DNA of 64,000 nt, taken from contig CBDEGF010000003.1 of NCBI GenBank assembly GCA_965237685.1, forward strand, positions 903,803 through 967,802. The letters run 5' to 3'. Shown piece by piece: positions 30,172 through 40,162 of this stretch. How positions within the stretch are numbered: the stretch's first letter is position 1; each line of letters begins with the position of its first letter. A program made the position numbers and the translations under genes. Origin of the DNA: Candidatus Marinacidobacterales bacterium (GTDB taxonomy: Bacteria > Acidobacteriota > Vicinamibacteria > Marinacidobacterales > SMYC01). The notes under the pieces were generated by a model, which saw only the letters and a program-made list of their open reading frames with translations, was not told the origin of the DNA and ran no database searches.

Positions 30172-31023
30172 ATGCGTACGAACACTGCCGGCATCATTCT
30201 TATCACGTTTGCGTTGTCTACCGCCGCACTGGGTCAGACGCCCGATCTCGACGCGCCCCGCCCCATCGATATGCGCGAGACCGTGTGGCTCGAAGAGTTA
30301 ACCTGGATGGAGGTGCGCGACCTGATCGCGGACGGCACCAACACCATCATCATCTCGACCGGCGGCATCGAGCAAAACGGACCGTATCTCGCCACCGGCA
30401 AGCACAATTACGTGTTGCGGGCGACCTGCGCCGCCATCGCCAAGAAACTCGGAAACGCCCTGTGTGCCCCCATCGTCCCATTCGTACCCGAAGGAGATAT
30501 CGAGCCGCCCAGCGGCATGATGCTCTTTTCGGGCACGATCAGCGTGACCGAGGCGACCTACCAAGCCTTGCTCACCGACATCGCGTCCAGCCTCAAGCAA
30601 CACGGCTTCGAGCACATCATCCGTATCGGCGACAGCGGTGGCAATCAGGACGGGCTGGAATCGGTCGCCTCGAAGCTATCCACGAAGTGGGCCGGAGGCA
30701 AAACCGGCATTCACTATATCCCGGAGTATTACGACTACCCCGGCCTGGGGAAGTGGGCGGACGCTACCTTCGGATGGGAACAGGAACGCGAGGGTCTGCA
30801 CGACGATCCCATAATCTCCAGCATGATGATGACCGTCGATCCGAATGTCGTCCGTATCAAGGAGCGTGAGTCCAAGGGCAAGGCGTCCATCAACGGCATC
30901 AGCCTGCTTCCCGTCGACAAGGCCGTCGCCGCGGGCCAGAAAATCGTCGACCACCGCGCTGACATCACCGTGGCGGCCATCAAGAAAGCAATCGCCGACT
31001 CCGGCTCGACCGACCGGGACTGA
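30172..31023 (+). CDS. Secreted creatininase-family (creatinine amidohydrolase / MftE-like) protein
   Basis: Signal peptide MRTNTAGIILITFALSTAALG; IIISTGGIEQNGPYLATGKHNY and IIRIGDSGGNQDG blocks. Confidence 0.65.
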   Translation: MRTNTAGIILITFALSTAALGQTPDLDAPRPIDMRETVWLEELTWMEVRDLIADGTNTIIISTGGIEQNGPYLATGKHNYVLRATCAAIAKKLGNALCAPIVPFVPEGDIEPPSGMMLFSGTISVTEATYQALLTDIASSLKQHGFEHIIRIGDSGGNQDGLESVASKLSTKWAGGKTGIHYIPEYYDYPGLGKWADATFGWEQEREGLHDDPIISSMMMTVDPNVVRIKERESKGKASINGISLLPVDKAVAAGQKIVDHRADITVAAIKKAIADSGSTDRD

Positions 31024-31131
31024 CCAGCGACAAGGCGACCCACTTGAAAGTGGGCGCATAAATAGACGACGATATGGGACGCTTGCAGTCGTGTGTCTCT
31101 TGCCCCCAGAAGAGAGACGGGAGCGAATCAG

Positions 31132-33573
31132 ATGACGAAACTCACGTTTGCGGCGGTCGGGACTTCCCTCCTTTCGCTCGGTCTCGCAAACAACGAGACA
31201 GCCCTCCTGGCCGCGCCAGTGACCGAGGAGTCCTCCCCGATGTCGCCCGAGTCGCAACGAGAGATGATCGAGAACTACTGTCTCTTGTGTCACAACGACA
31301 CCCTGGAGACTGGCGGCCTCTCGCTCGAGTCTTTCGACCCGGCGCACCTCGAAGAGAACGCGCAGACCGCGGAGAAGATGATCCGCAAGCTGCGGACGGG
31401 CCTGATGCCGCCATCGTACGCGCCTCGACCGGAAGGTCATGAGACCAACGCTTTCGTAACGAGCCTGGAATCGAGAATCGACGAGGCCTACTTCGCCGAC
31501 CCGAATCCCGGCAGCAGAGTCTTCCAGCGACTCAACCGGGCCGAGTATGCGCGCTCGGTTCAGGACCTGCTCACGATCGAAGTGGATGTGGCGGCGCTGT
31601 TGCCACCCGACACCATCAGCCACAGCTTCGACAACATTGCCGACGTTCAGGGCATGTCGCCCACGCTCATGGACAGCTATCTGCGCGCCGCCGATCACGT
31701 GAGCCGCCTGGCGGTCGGCGATCCCACGGCAGGGCCGAGCGAGCTCACCTACAAAGTCCCGCGGACCGCATCGCAACGACGCCACGTCGAGGGAGCGCCT
31801 TTCGGTACCCGAGGCGGCGTCTCGGTCATTCACAACTTCCCCGCGGATGGCGAGTACATTTTCAAAGTGCAGTTCTACGGCTCTCCGGAAGGGTACCTTT
31901 TCGGCCGGGCGGCAAAGGACGAGCGAATAGAGTTCTCGGTGAACGGTGCGAGAGTTGCCCTCCTGGACATCGACCCGATGATGTCGGAAACGGACCCGGA
32001 AGGTCTGAACATTCAGTCGGTTCCGATGGCGATCAAGGCGGGGGCGCACCGGGTGTCGGCCGCCTTTATTCTGAACTCGGAGGCGCCGATCGAGGACCTG
32101 ATGTATCCCATCGAGCACACACTGGCCGACAGCAACATCGGTGAGGACTACGGGATCACGACGCTTCCGCATCTCAGAGATTTCAGCATCAGCGGTCCGT
32201 ACAACGTCACTGGTGTCTCCGAGACCTCCGCTCGCCGCAGGATCTTTACGTGCCGGCCAACGTCTGCCGAGGAGGAGCTTCCGTGCGCCGAGCAGATCGT
32301 GAGCGATCTGGTGAGCCGGGCCTACCGAAGGCCGCTGGAAGAGGCGGACCTCGAAGCGATGATGTCGTTCTACACCATCGGCCGCGAGGATGGTGACTTC
32401 GAGAGTGGCATCCGTATGGCGCTCCAGGCCATTCTTGCGAGTCCGAGCTTCATCTTCCGGCTCGAACAGCTTCCGCCCGAGACTCTCGGGCCCGGCGAGA
32501 GCTACCGCATCACCGATCTGGACCTGGCATCGCGGCTGTCGTACTTCCTCTGGTCCGCTCCCCCCGACGGCGAGCTCATGACACTTGCGAGCGAGGGCAG
32601 GTTGTCGGAGCCGGAAGTGTTCGAGCCGCAGGTCCAGCGGATGCTCTCCGACGCTCGCGCGGACGCGCTCTCCACCCGATTCGCGTCGTACTGGCTGCGA
32701 CTGCAGGATCTCGCGAAGCTCCACCCGGATGCGCTGACCTATCCCTACTACGATGCAACGCTCGCGGATGCGCTGAAGCGCGAGACGGAGCTTTTCTTCG
32801 AAAATCTCGTTCGTGAGGATCGGAGCGTCCTCGAGCTGCTGACGGCGGACTATACCTTCGCCAACGAACGTCTCGCTCAGCACTACCGGATTCCGAACGT
32901 GACTGGAAACGAGTTCCGTCGCGTGTCGCTCGAGGGTGTCAATGCGAACCGGAGAGGCTTGCTGGGCCACGGCAGCATCCTCGCGCTCACCTCTATTGCC
33001 AACCGGACCTCCCCGGTCCAGCGCGGGAAATGGGTCATGGAGGTTCTGCTCGGGAGTCCGCCTCCCCCACCTCCACCCAATGTACCGGATCTCGAGGACA
33101 CGGAAGCGGTCGCGGGAGATCGGCTGCTCACGCTGCGCGAGCGGATGGAGGAGCACCGTTCGAACCCCGCCTGCAATTCCTGCCACGCGGTGATCGATCC
33201 CATCGGCCTGGCGCTCGAGAACTTCGACGTGACCGGGGCGTGGCGCACGAAGGATGGCGGTGCTCTCATCGACGCGTCGGGCGAGCTCTACGACGGCACC
33301 GCCCTCGACGGTCCTCTCGGCCTGCGGGATGGCCTGTTGAATTACTCCGAGGCGTTCATCCGGACGTTTACGGAAAGTCTCATGACCTACGCCCTGGGAC
33401 GCCGAGTCGAGTATTTCGACATGCCGGCGATTCGGAAGATCACGCGCGACGCGGCACAGAACGACAACCGCATGTCTTCCTTCATTCTCGGCGTCGTCGG
33501 GAGTGTGCCGTTTCGGATGAGCGTTGCGGAGAGCCCGCCGAGCGAGACCGTGGAAGGCTCACAGAACCAATAG
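31132..33573 (+). CDS. DUF1592-family CXXCH protein (module copy B, gene 1)
   Basis: MTKLTFAAVGTSLLSLGLA signal; YCLLCHND and PACNSCHAVIDP motifs; collinear paralog of 24459-26891. Confidence 0.7.
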   Translation: MTKLTFAAVGTSLLSLGLANNETALLAAPVTEESSPMSPESQREMIENYCLLCHNDTLETGGLSLESFDPAHLEENAQTAEKMIRKLRTGLMPPSYAPRPEGHETNAFVTSLESRIDEAYFADPNPGSRVFQRLNRAEYARSVQDLLTIEVDVAALLPPDTISHSFDNIADVQGMSPTLMDSYLRAADHVSRLAVGDPTAGPSELTYKVPRTASQRRHVEGAPFGTRGGVSVIHNFPADGEYIFKVQFYGSPEGYLFGRAAKDERIEFSVNGARVALLDIDPMMSETDPEGLNIQSVPMAIKAGAHRVSAAFILNSEAPIEDLMYPIEHTLADSNIGEDYGITTLPHLRDFSISGPYNVTGVSETSARRRIFTCRPTSAEEELPCAEQIVSDLVSRAYRRPLEEADLEAMMSFYTIGREDGDFESGIRMALQAILASPSFIFRLEQLPPETLGPGESYRITDLDLASRLSYFLWSAPPDGELMTLASEGRLSEPEVFEPQVQRMLSDARADALSTRFASYWLRLQDLAKLHPDALTYPYYDATLADALKRETELFFENLVREDRSVLELLTADYTFANERLAQHYRIPNVTGNEFRRVSLEGVNANRRGLLGHGSILALTSIANRTSPVQRGKWVMEVLLGSPPPPPPPNVPDLEDTEAVAGDRLLTLRERMEEHRSNPACNSCHAVIDPIGLALENFDVTGAWRTKDGGALIDASGELYDGTALDGPLGLRDGLLNYSEAFIRTFTESLMTYALGRRVEYFDMPAIRKITRDAAQNDNRMSSFILGVVGSVPFRMSVAESPPSETVEGSQNQ

Positions 33574-33599
33574 CAGACAAGACCAGGAGGGACAGTCCG

Positions 33600-34979
33600 A
33601 TGTATCTGACGAACAGCCACATCTCCCGGCGCACCGTGCTTCGCGGCATGGGTGCGACGGTTGCGCTGCCTTTCCTGGAGGCGATGGTTCCCGCGCGAAG
33701 AGCGTGGGCCAGCCCGACGGAGCCCACCCGCCTGGTGTGCCTGGAGATGGTTCACGGCGCCGCCGGCAGCAACGCCATCGGGATCGAGAAGAACCTGTGG
33801 GCGCCCGCGGCGGTGGGCCACGATTTCGACCTGACTCCGAGCAGCCTGAGTCCGCTCGAGCCTTTTCGCAAGTACGTCACGATCGTCAGCAACACGGATG
33901 TACGCAACGCCGAGGCCTTCATCCCGCCGGAGACCGGCGGGGACCATTTTCGAACGAGCTCCGTGTTTCTGACGCAGTCGCATCCGAGACAGACCGAGGG
34001 CTCGGATGTCCTGGCCGGGACCTCGATGGATCAAATCTACGCGCAGCGGTTCGGCCAGGATTCCCCGATCCCTTCGATGCAGCTCTGCATCGAGAACGTG
34101 GACCAGTCGGGTGGATGCCTCTACGGCTATGCCTGCGTATACATGGACACCATCAGCTGGGCCTCCCCCACACGGCCGCTTCCTATGATCCGGGATCCCC
34201 GGCTGGCGTTCGACCAGTTGTTCGGCTCTGGCGGCACTCCGGAGAAGCGAGGGGAGCGCCGGAAAGCCTCTCGCAGTATTCTCGACTGGATCCCGGGAGA
34301 GGTCGACCGGCTGAAACGGCGTCTCGGGCCGAGTGACCGCAGACGACTCGACGACTATCTGGAGAACATTCGCGAGATCGAGCGCCGCATCGAGAAGGTC
34401 GAGGAGCGCAACGCCACTGGTGAGGCGAGAGAGCTGCCCGACGCGCCCATCGGAGTGCCGGACTCCTATACCGAGCACGTCGAGCTCATGTTCGACCTCG
34501 TGGCGCTTGCGTTCGTGGGGGACATGACACGCGTGTTCTCGTTCAAGCTGAGCCGGGACGTCTCCGGCCGCTCCTTCCCGGAGAGCGGCGTCTTCGAGGG
34601 TTTCCACAACGCGTCCCATCATCGCGGACGAGAGAAGAACCTCCTGGACCTCTCGAAGATCAATCGGTACCACGTCGGTCTGGTGCCCTATTTCCTGGAG
34701 AAGCTGAAGAGCACCGAGGAGGGCGAGAGCAACCTGCTGGAGAAGACGATGCTCCTGTACGGCTCCGCCATGGGCGACTCGAACATTCACAATCACAAGC
34801 GGTGCCCGCTGTTCCTGGCGGGCCATGCCAACGGTCAGCTCGAGAGCAATCTTCATGTCAGAGCGGCGGATACAACTCCGATGGCCAACGCGATGCTGAC
34901 CCTGTTGCACAAACTCGGAGTCGATGACCTGGAGTCGTTCGGGGACAGTACCGGCGAGCTCGACCTGAGCGGGCCCTAA
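33600..34979 (+). CDS. DUF1552-family TAT-signal protein (module copy B, gene 2)
   Basis: MYLTNSHISRRTVLRGMGATVALPFLEAMVP; paralog of 26925-28316. Confidence 0.7.
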   Translation: MYLTNSHISRRTVLRGMGATVALPFLEAMVPARRAWASPTEPTRLVCLEMVHGAAGSNAIGIEKNLWAPAAVGHDFDLTPSSLSPLEPFRKYVTIVSNTDVRNAEAFIPPETGGDHFRTSSVFLTQSHPRQTEGSDVLAGTSMDQIYAQRFGQDSPIPSMQLCIENVDQSGGCLYGYACVYMDTISWASPTRPLPMIRDPRLAFDQLFGSGGTPEKRGERRKASRSILDWIPGEVDRLKRRLGPSDRRRLDDYLENIREIERRIEKVEERNATGEARELPDAPIGVPDSYTEHVELMFDLVALAFVGDMTRVFSFKLSRDVSGRSFPESGVFEGFHNASHHRGREKNLLDLSKINRYHVGLVPYFLEKLKSTEEGESNLLEKTMLLYGSAMGDSNIHNHKRCPLFLAGHANGQLESNLHVRAADTTPMANAMLTLLHKLGVDDLESFGDSTGELDLSGP

Positions 34980-35032
34980 GTGGTGCCGGCAACGACGGCG
35001 TAGCAGAGGAAAAACCTTTCGAGGCAAGAGTC

Positions 35033-36898
35033 ATGAGCGGACTGCGAACAGGAATTGTCTTGGCATTGTGTGTGCTGGTGCTCGTCGCCGCGAGATCCGT
35101 CGAGGTATCCACGAGCTCTTCCCCGGTCGCCGACGCGACGCATGCCGGCGATCGGGAAATGGTGCGATCGCTGCTGAAAGAGGGGCTCGATGTGAACGCG
35201 GCACAGGGCGACGGCATGACCGCCCTTCACTGGGCGGCGCTCGCGAATGACGTGGAGATGGCCGAGATGCTGCTCTACGCCGGTGCGAACCTCAAGGCCA
35301 CGACGCGGCTCGGCGCTTTCACGCCCCTCGTTCTCGCCTGCAAGTACGGGAACGGTGCGATGGTCGAAACGCTCCTCCGAGCGGGAGCCGATGCGAACGC
35401 CACCACGACCACCGGGGCAACGGCTCTCATGCTGTCGGCTGCCTCGGGCAACGACGACGCCGTGCGACTATTGCTCGACCACAGTGCGGATGTGAACGCG
35501 GTGGAATCCAGTGGCGGGCAAAACGCCCTCATGTTCGCGGCGGCCTACGGCCGTCACACGGTCATCGACATACTGCTCGAGAAAGGTGCGGAGCCTGCCG
35601 TGACGACAACGGTGGTCAACGTACCCGAGCTGAACCAGGCGATTGATGACAATTTCCGGAAGCGGCTCGAACGCCTGCGTGAGGAACGCGCCGAGAGTGC
35701 GGCAGCGAAACAGGTTGCGCAGGCTGGCGAGACGGAGGCCCAGGGGGAGCAACCCCGGCAGAGGGGCTCTGGACAGAATGAGGAAAGTGTGGAAGAGGAG
35801 CCCGAAGGCGGAGGGAACCTCTTTGCGAGGCTCTTCGGCTGGATGGCTCCCGACAAGCAGGAAGAGGTCCCCGAGGAGCAACCGCGTCGCCTCCAGCGCG
35901 AGTCCTTCGGTGTTCGGGTCGGCGTCCAGGGCGGCATGACCGCCCTGCTGCTCGCCGCCCGGCAGGGTCACATCGAATCGGTGATGAGACTCCTTCATGG
36001 CAGAGCCGACATCGACCAAGTGGCCGAGGGCAGCAAGACCAGCCCGATGCTCATCGCTATAATGAACGGCCACTTCGACCTCGCAAAGTACCTCCTCGAT
36101 CGGGGCGCCGATCCGACACTCGCCGGCGAGCCCTCCCGGATCACGCCGCTCTACGCCGCCATCAACCTCGCGTGGGCACCGCGTGCGGCCTACCCGCAGC
36201 CGACCTTTCACAAGCAGCAGAAGCTGACGCACCTGGAGTTGATGGAGGCTCTCCTGCAGAAGGGTGCCGACCCCAACGTTCGCTTGACGAAGAAAGTCTG
36301 GTTCATGGGGTACAACTTCGACCGATCCGCGGTAGATGAGATCGGGGCAACCCCGTTCTGGCGCGCCGCCTACGGAAGTGACGTGGCGGCCATGCGCCTT
36401 CTGAGATCCTACGGAGCCGACGTGAACATCCCGACGAAGAAGCCCAAAGAGCGGCCACCGGTCGCAAACGAGCGGGGTCGCGAGATCAAAGACGTCTCCG
36501 GGCTGCCCCCGATTCCAGTCGGCGGGCCGGCCATCACGCCGCTGCACGCGGCTGCGGGCGCGGGATACGGCGAGGGATTTGCCGCGAACGATCACCGGAA
36601 CCACCCCGCCGGTTTTTTGCCCGCGGTCAAGTATCTCGTCGAGGAGGTTGGCGCCGACTTGAACGCCCGGGACCAGGAGGGCGGCACGCCGCTCCACAAC
36701 GCCGCGGCGCGGGGAGACGTCGAGATGATCCTTTACCTCGTGTCGCAAGGCGGTGACGTCACCCTCGTCAACCGTGAAGGCCAGAGCACCGCTGACATGG
36801 CGAACGGCGCGGTGCAGCGCGTTCAGCCCTTCCCCGAAGCACGCGACCTTCTGGTCAGTCTCGGCGCGGTGAACAACGACAAGTGCGTCAGCTGCTGA
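35033..36898 (+). CDS. Secreted ankyrin-repeat protein ending in ..NNDKCVSC (module copy B, gene 3)
   Basis: 621 aa; signal peptide; ankyrin repeats; C-terminal 60 aa nearly identical to copy A (ADMANG.VQR..PFPE...SLG..NN..CVSC). Confidence 0.75.
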   Translation: MSGLRTGIVLALCVLVLVAARSVEVSTSSSPVADATHAGDREMVRSLLKEGLDVNAAQGDGMTALHWAALANDVEMAEMLLYAGANLKATTRLGAFTPLVLACKYGNGAMVETLLRAGADANATTTTGATALMLSAASGNDDAVRLLLDHSADVNAVESSGGQNALMFAAAYGRHTVIDILLEKGAEPAVTTTVVNVPELNQAIDDNFRKRLERLREERAESAAAKQVAQAGETEAQGEQPRQRGSGQNEESVEEEPEGGGNLFARLFGWMAPDKQEEVPEEQPRRLQRESFGVRVGVQGGMTALLLAARQGHIESVMRLLHGRADIDQVAEGSKTSPMLIAIMNGHFDLAKYLLDRGADPTLAGEPSRITPLYAAINLAWAPRAAYPQPTFHKQQKLTHLELMEALLQKGADPNVRLTKKVWFMGYNFDRSAVDEIGATPFWRAAYGSDVAAMRLLRSYGADVNIPTKKPKERPPVANERGREIKDVSGLPPIPVGGPAITPLHAAAGAGYGEGFAANDHRNHPAGFLPAVKYLVEEVGADLNARDQEGGTPLHNAAARGDVEMILYLVSQGGDVTLVNREGQSTADMANGAVQRVQPFPEARDLLVSLGAVNNDKCVSC

Positions 36899-36910
36899 GC
36901 GGCGAATCGC

Positions 36911-37263
36911 TCAGCGACGCCGTAGGCTCAACGCGACGATCGCCCAGGCGAGGAGAAGTGGTGCTGCGCTGAATGTGAACAGGCCCGTGGCGATCTGGAC
37001 ACCCTTGGCGATCGCATGTTCCTCCGAAACGTAGCCGTTGTTCTCGAGGATCGCGACCAGAGCGAGCGCATAGAGACCGACCACCAGAATTTTCAGCGAC
37101 AAGTGGCGGAAGCGCTCGGGGTCCATTGGCACTCGGCACAGCACCCTCTCCAGCAGGTAGGCCGCTGGATACATGAGTAGCGCCTGGAACGAAGCACTTA
37201 CCAGTCCCCCGGCGGTGCCGATCAGTCTCTCGCCAAACTCCGGCGTCACCGAAGGTCGATTTC
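36911..37263 (-). CDS. Small membrane protein, hypothetical
   Basis: 3 predicted TM segments (LVSASFQALLMYPAAYLL.., ILVVGLYALALVAIL.., LFTFSAAPLLLAWAIVALSL); start uncertain. Confidence 0.35.
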
Positions 37264-37669
37264 CCATAACGCGCGGGCTACGGTGAAGACCAGCATGTAA
37301 ATAAGGTACGGCGCAACGAGGAGGCCCCACCAGAGAAGTCCCCGGCTTCTCGCGGTCCTGCCTCCGGGCCTCGCCCCAGGCGCATCGTAGGGATTCCGCG
37401 AGGTATCCACTGTCCCAGTGTATCGAAGTCCTCTGTACCGTAGCCCCTCGAGCCCTCGAGCCAGTGAAATGGACGAACCACGAAGGACACGAAGAGCACG
37501 AAGCAAAAACCCTTGCCCGGGCAAGATTCTCTGACCCATATCGGCGTGGGACCGCGGCGATGTCGCGCGCGCCGAGCTTCGAAATCGACACTTTGCTATG
37601 ACCGTTCCGAGGAAACCCGGTGCCCGGAGCCCCCGCCGGAGGCCCCGTTCGCCCATCTAGCTACAGGAT

Positions 37670-37886
37670 GCCGTGGTAGACGTCTTTGCGGTGTCGAATC
37701 CGGAGCACAACGATGATGAGCTTGTCGTCTTCGATGGAATAGATGATCCGGTAATCTCCGATGCGGAACCGATAGAGACCCTTGTATGAGCCGGCGAGCG
37801 GTTTTCCCTGGTAGGGGTCGTCAGTCATAACCCTCTCCACGGCCTCGAGTGCTCGTGCTCGAAGGTTCTTGGGAAGGTGTCTCAGA
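37670..37886 (-). pseudogene. RelE/ParE-family toxin, solo, with apparent 1-nt frameshift near the 5' end
   Basis: Reverse-complement frame: ..VGLVHRQTAQDLRHLPKNLRARALEAVERVMTDDPYQGKPLAGSYKGLYRFRIGDYRIIYSIEDDKLIIVVLRIRHRKDVYHGIL*; the only ATG-initiated upstream start (MAMMR..) lies in the +1 frame; no antitoxin ORF adjacent. Confidence 0.6.
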
Positions 37887-37934
37887 TCTTGCGCGGTCTG
37901 CCGGTGGACGAGCCCGACCGCATCATGGCCATCT

Positions 37935-38030
37935 CCACGAGCGACGAGCCTGGGCGCGAGGTGGGGGTGTCGTATCCAGCCTCGCCAAGGCGAGGCTGCG
38001 ACCTCTCCCCCAAGGGGGAGAGGTAATTCA
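37935..38030 (-). terminator. Two tandem GC-rich hairpins downstream of the ComEA-like gene
   Basis: cctcgcc-aa-ggcgagg and acctctccccc-aa-gggggagaggt perfect stems immediately 3' of the minus-strand stop at 38035. Confidence 0.5.
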
Positions 38031-38034
38031 CTCC

Positions 38035-38679
38035 CTATTTCAACCTCACATAGCGCTCGAGACGAGCGAGCTCCTTGTCGTCCACGTACTTCCCGATCTC
38101 GCGGCGGAACTGCACCATGCTCTTGTAGGGGCGGTATTCGAGGAACTCATGAAGCATCCGGTTGCCCACGCCGGGAATGCTGAGAATGTCTTCTTCGCTC
38201 GCGTCATTGAGCTCGATAGGCACGAAAACGTACTGCTCCATTCGGGCGACCTCGTCGTCGTCTACGTACTTTCCGATCTCACGCCGGAACTGGGCCATCG
38301 CCCGGTACGGGCGATACTCCTCGAACTCGTGTGCCATTCGCTCGCCGACACCGGGGACAAGGAGGATCTCTTCACGTGTGGCGGTGTTGAGGTTGATGGG
38401 TACGAAGAGTCGCTCGAGAAGCCCCTCGAGCTTCGTCTCGTCCAGGGAGCCCTTCAAAGCAGCCTGAAGCTTCGTGACACCCGAGAACGGGCGTTTGTTC
38501 ATGATCGTCTTCACATGGCTCCCGTCGAGCTGTGGCAGAGCGAGAAGCTCCTGCTCTCCTGCCAGATTCGGATTGAGAACGTTCGTGTTCTTGCCGACCT
38601 GTGCGCTGAAAGCGAGTGGGCCAACTAGCAGGCAGAGGGCCACCGGCCCCCAGAGAATCGTCGCAGGGAAACGTTTCAT
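38035..38679 (-). CDS. ComEA-like secreted helix-hairpin-helix DNA-binding protein (two HhH repeat units)
   Basis: MKRFPATILWGPVALCLLVGPLAFS signal; duplicated ..LLVPGVGERMAHEFEEYRPYRAMAQFRREIGKYVDD.. units. Confidence 0.65.
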   Translation of the reverse strand: MKRFPATILWGPVALCLLVGPLAFSAQVGKNTNVLNPNLAGEQELLALPQLDGSHVKTIMNKRPFSGVTKLQAALKGSLDETKLEGLLERLFVPINLNTATREEILLVPGVGERMAHEFEEYRPYRAMAQFRREIGKYVDDDEVARMEQYVFVPIELNDASEEDILSIPGVGNRMLHEFLEYRPYKSMVQFRREIGKYVDDKELARLERYVRLK

Positions 38680-39143
38680 TGAGAGGTCTCTCCTCTTTTG
38701 AGCTCGCTCGATGGCGAGGTCATGAGTGGATGACGGAACGTGTACACCATACCGAGCAGGCCGAGGTAGGTCATGGCTGCGGGGGCAAGTGCCGGCGTCG
38801 CCCCTGTCAGAGACTCCCACAACAAATCGAGTCCTTCGAGCGATGGGTACATTTCCAGCTCGAACTCGGCATTCATGCGGTAGTGCAGGTACAGACCCGC
38901 GAATCCGCTGCCAACGAAAAGGACCATCAGGTATCTGAAAAGACGCAGGCTGGCAGGTCGAGGACGTACCACGAGCAGAATGAGCGCAAGGATACTCGTG
39001 GCCAGCAGCGCCAGGGGAACGAACTGCCAGTAGTCCTCGGTGTGCCCCAGAAAGAGCAGCTCCGCCCCGGTACCGACGACCCCCGCCGCGAACAGCAGGA
39101 GCGTGAAACGCCGCAGCGAAACCTGTACATCGGGGCTCCTCAT
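38676..39143 (-). CDS. Integral membrane protein, hypothetical (4 TM)
   Basis: 155 aa, hydrophobic segments; ATGA overlap with the ComEA-like start. Confidence 0.5.
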   Translation of the reverse strand: MRSPDVQVSLRRFTLLLFAAGVVGTGAELLFLGHTEDYWQFVPLALLATSILALILLVVRPRPASLRLFRYLMVLFVGSGFAGLYLHYRMNAEFELEMYPSLEGLDLLWESLTGATPALAPAAMTYLGLLGMVYTFRHPLMTSPSSELKRGETSQ

Positions 39144-39267
39144 CGTAGCCTCGGAATCTCGATGCGCACGGACTGGACTGCGTTGAAAACGACATCCATT
39201 TCAACTTGTAAACACAAGCTCTCCGTGCGTCAACGGACAACAACGAGAGCGGAACGTGTAACCCTGG

Positions 39268-39570
39268 TCAGGTAGCGGTATCGAGCGCGACCTCGTGAAT
39301 CTCGAGCTCCCCGTGGCCCTTGAACATCTCTTTCGGCGGGACCCGGCTGTGCGCTTCCTTGAAGGCATCGCCTTCCGTCCAGGCCTTGAACTGCTCTTCA
39401 GTCTCCCAGAACGTCAAGACGATGAAGCACTCGCCCTTGATCGGGCGAAGCACGAGGTTGCGGATGAAACCGGCCTGGCCGTCCACCAGTCCACGGCGCG
39501 TTCGGAACCGATCGAGAAAATCCTCCTCGTACCCTTCGGCGACAGGAATACGGTTCTGTACGACAATCAT
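39268..39570 (-). CDS. Antibiotic-biosynthesis-monooxygenase (ABM) domain protein
   Basis: 100 aa; ..FIVLTFWETEEQFKAWTEGDAFKEAHS.. ABM fold signature. Confidence 0.7.
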   Translation of the reverse strand: MIVVQNRIPVAEGYEEDFLDRFRTRRGLVDGQAGFIRNLVLRPIKGECFIVLTFWETEEQFKAWTEGDAFKEAHSRVPPKEMFKGHGELEIHEVALDTAT

Positions 39571-39589
39571 TTTTCTCTCGGATTCTCCT

Positions 39590-39752
39590 GGTGCCCTGTA
39601 TCAGTGGTTCGTTGCGCAAAGCTCGACGCCATTTTGTGTGCTGGCGAGGCGTGGCGGCGAAGTCATATCTGGATATTTCTAGGAGCCGCAACGAAGCCAG
39701 CGCGCAAAAGGGCCCGAGATTTGTGTGACGTACTGCTGATACAGGGCACTAG
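39590..39752. repeat. Copy of the CTAG-terminated intergenic repeat; supplies the TAG stop of the DoxX gene
   Basis: ggtgccctgtatcag ... caacgaagccagcgcgcaaaagggcccgagatttgtgtgacgtactgctgatacagggcactag; minus-strand stop codon cta at 39749-39751 lies inside the terminal cactag. Confidence 0.7.
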
Positions 39753-40162
39753 GTTTCTTTGGATTTCCCCATCATGGCGTCCACACTCCAGATGCCGGAG
39801 CCCTTCGTGGCCATGTAGAGGAACAGGAACGAGTAGAGGACCGCCAGCTCACCGCCATTCTGGACGGGCAATGGTGCTCGGGAGGCGTGGGAAAGGAAAT
39901 AGGCAAAGGCCATCTCACCGCTGCTGATGAAGGCGGCCCAGCCCGCCATGAATCCGACGATCATCATTACTCCGGCGACCAGCTCGATGGTCCCGGCGAG
40001 GCCTGCGCGCGAGATGAGCTCGACGGGCGCGCGAGCGTCCTGCCCTGCTCGCGGCAGAATCCCGAAGATCTTCTGCAGTCCGTGACACATGAAGAGAAAG
40101 CCAGCCACGATACGAAGAATAGCGTAGACCTGAGGTGCGAACTTGCCCAAATGTCGTTCCAT
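39749..40162 (-). CDS. DoxX-family membrane protein
   Basis: MERHLGKFAPQVYAILRIVAGFLFMCHGLQKIFG. Confidence 0.75.
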   Translation of the reverse strand: MERHLGKFAPQVYAILRIVAGFLFMCHGLQKIFGILPRAGQDARAPVELISRAGLAGTIELVAGVMMIVGFMAGWAAFISSGEMAFAYFLSHASRAPLPVQNGGELAVLYSFLFLYMATKGSGIWSVDAMMGKSKET

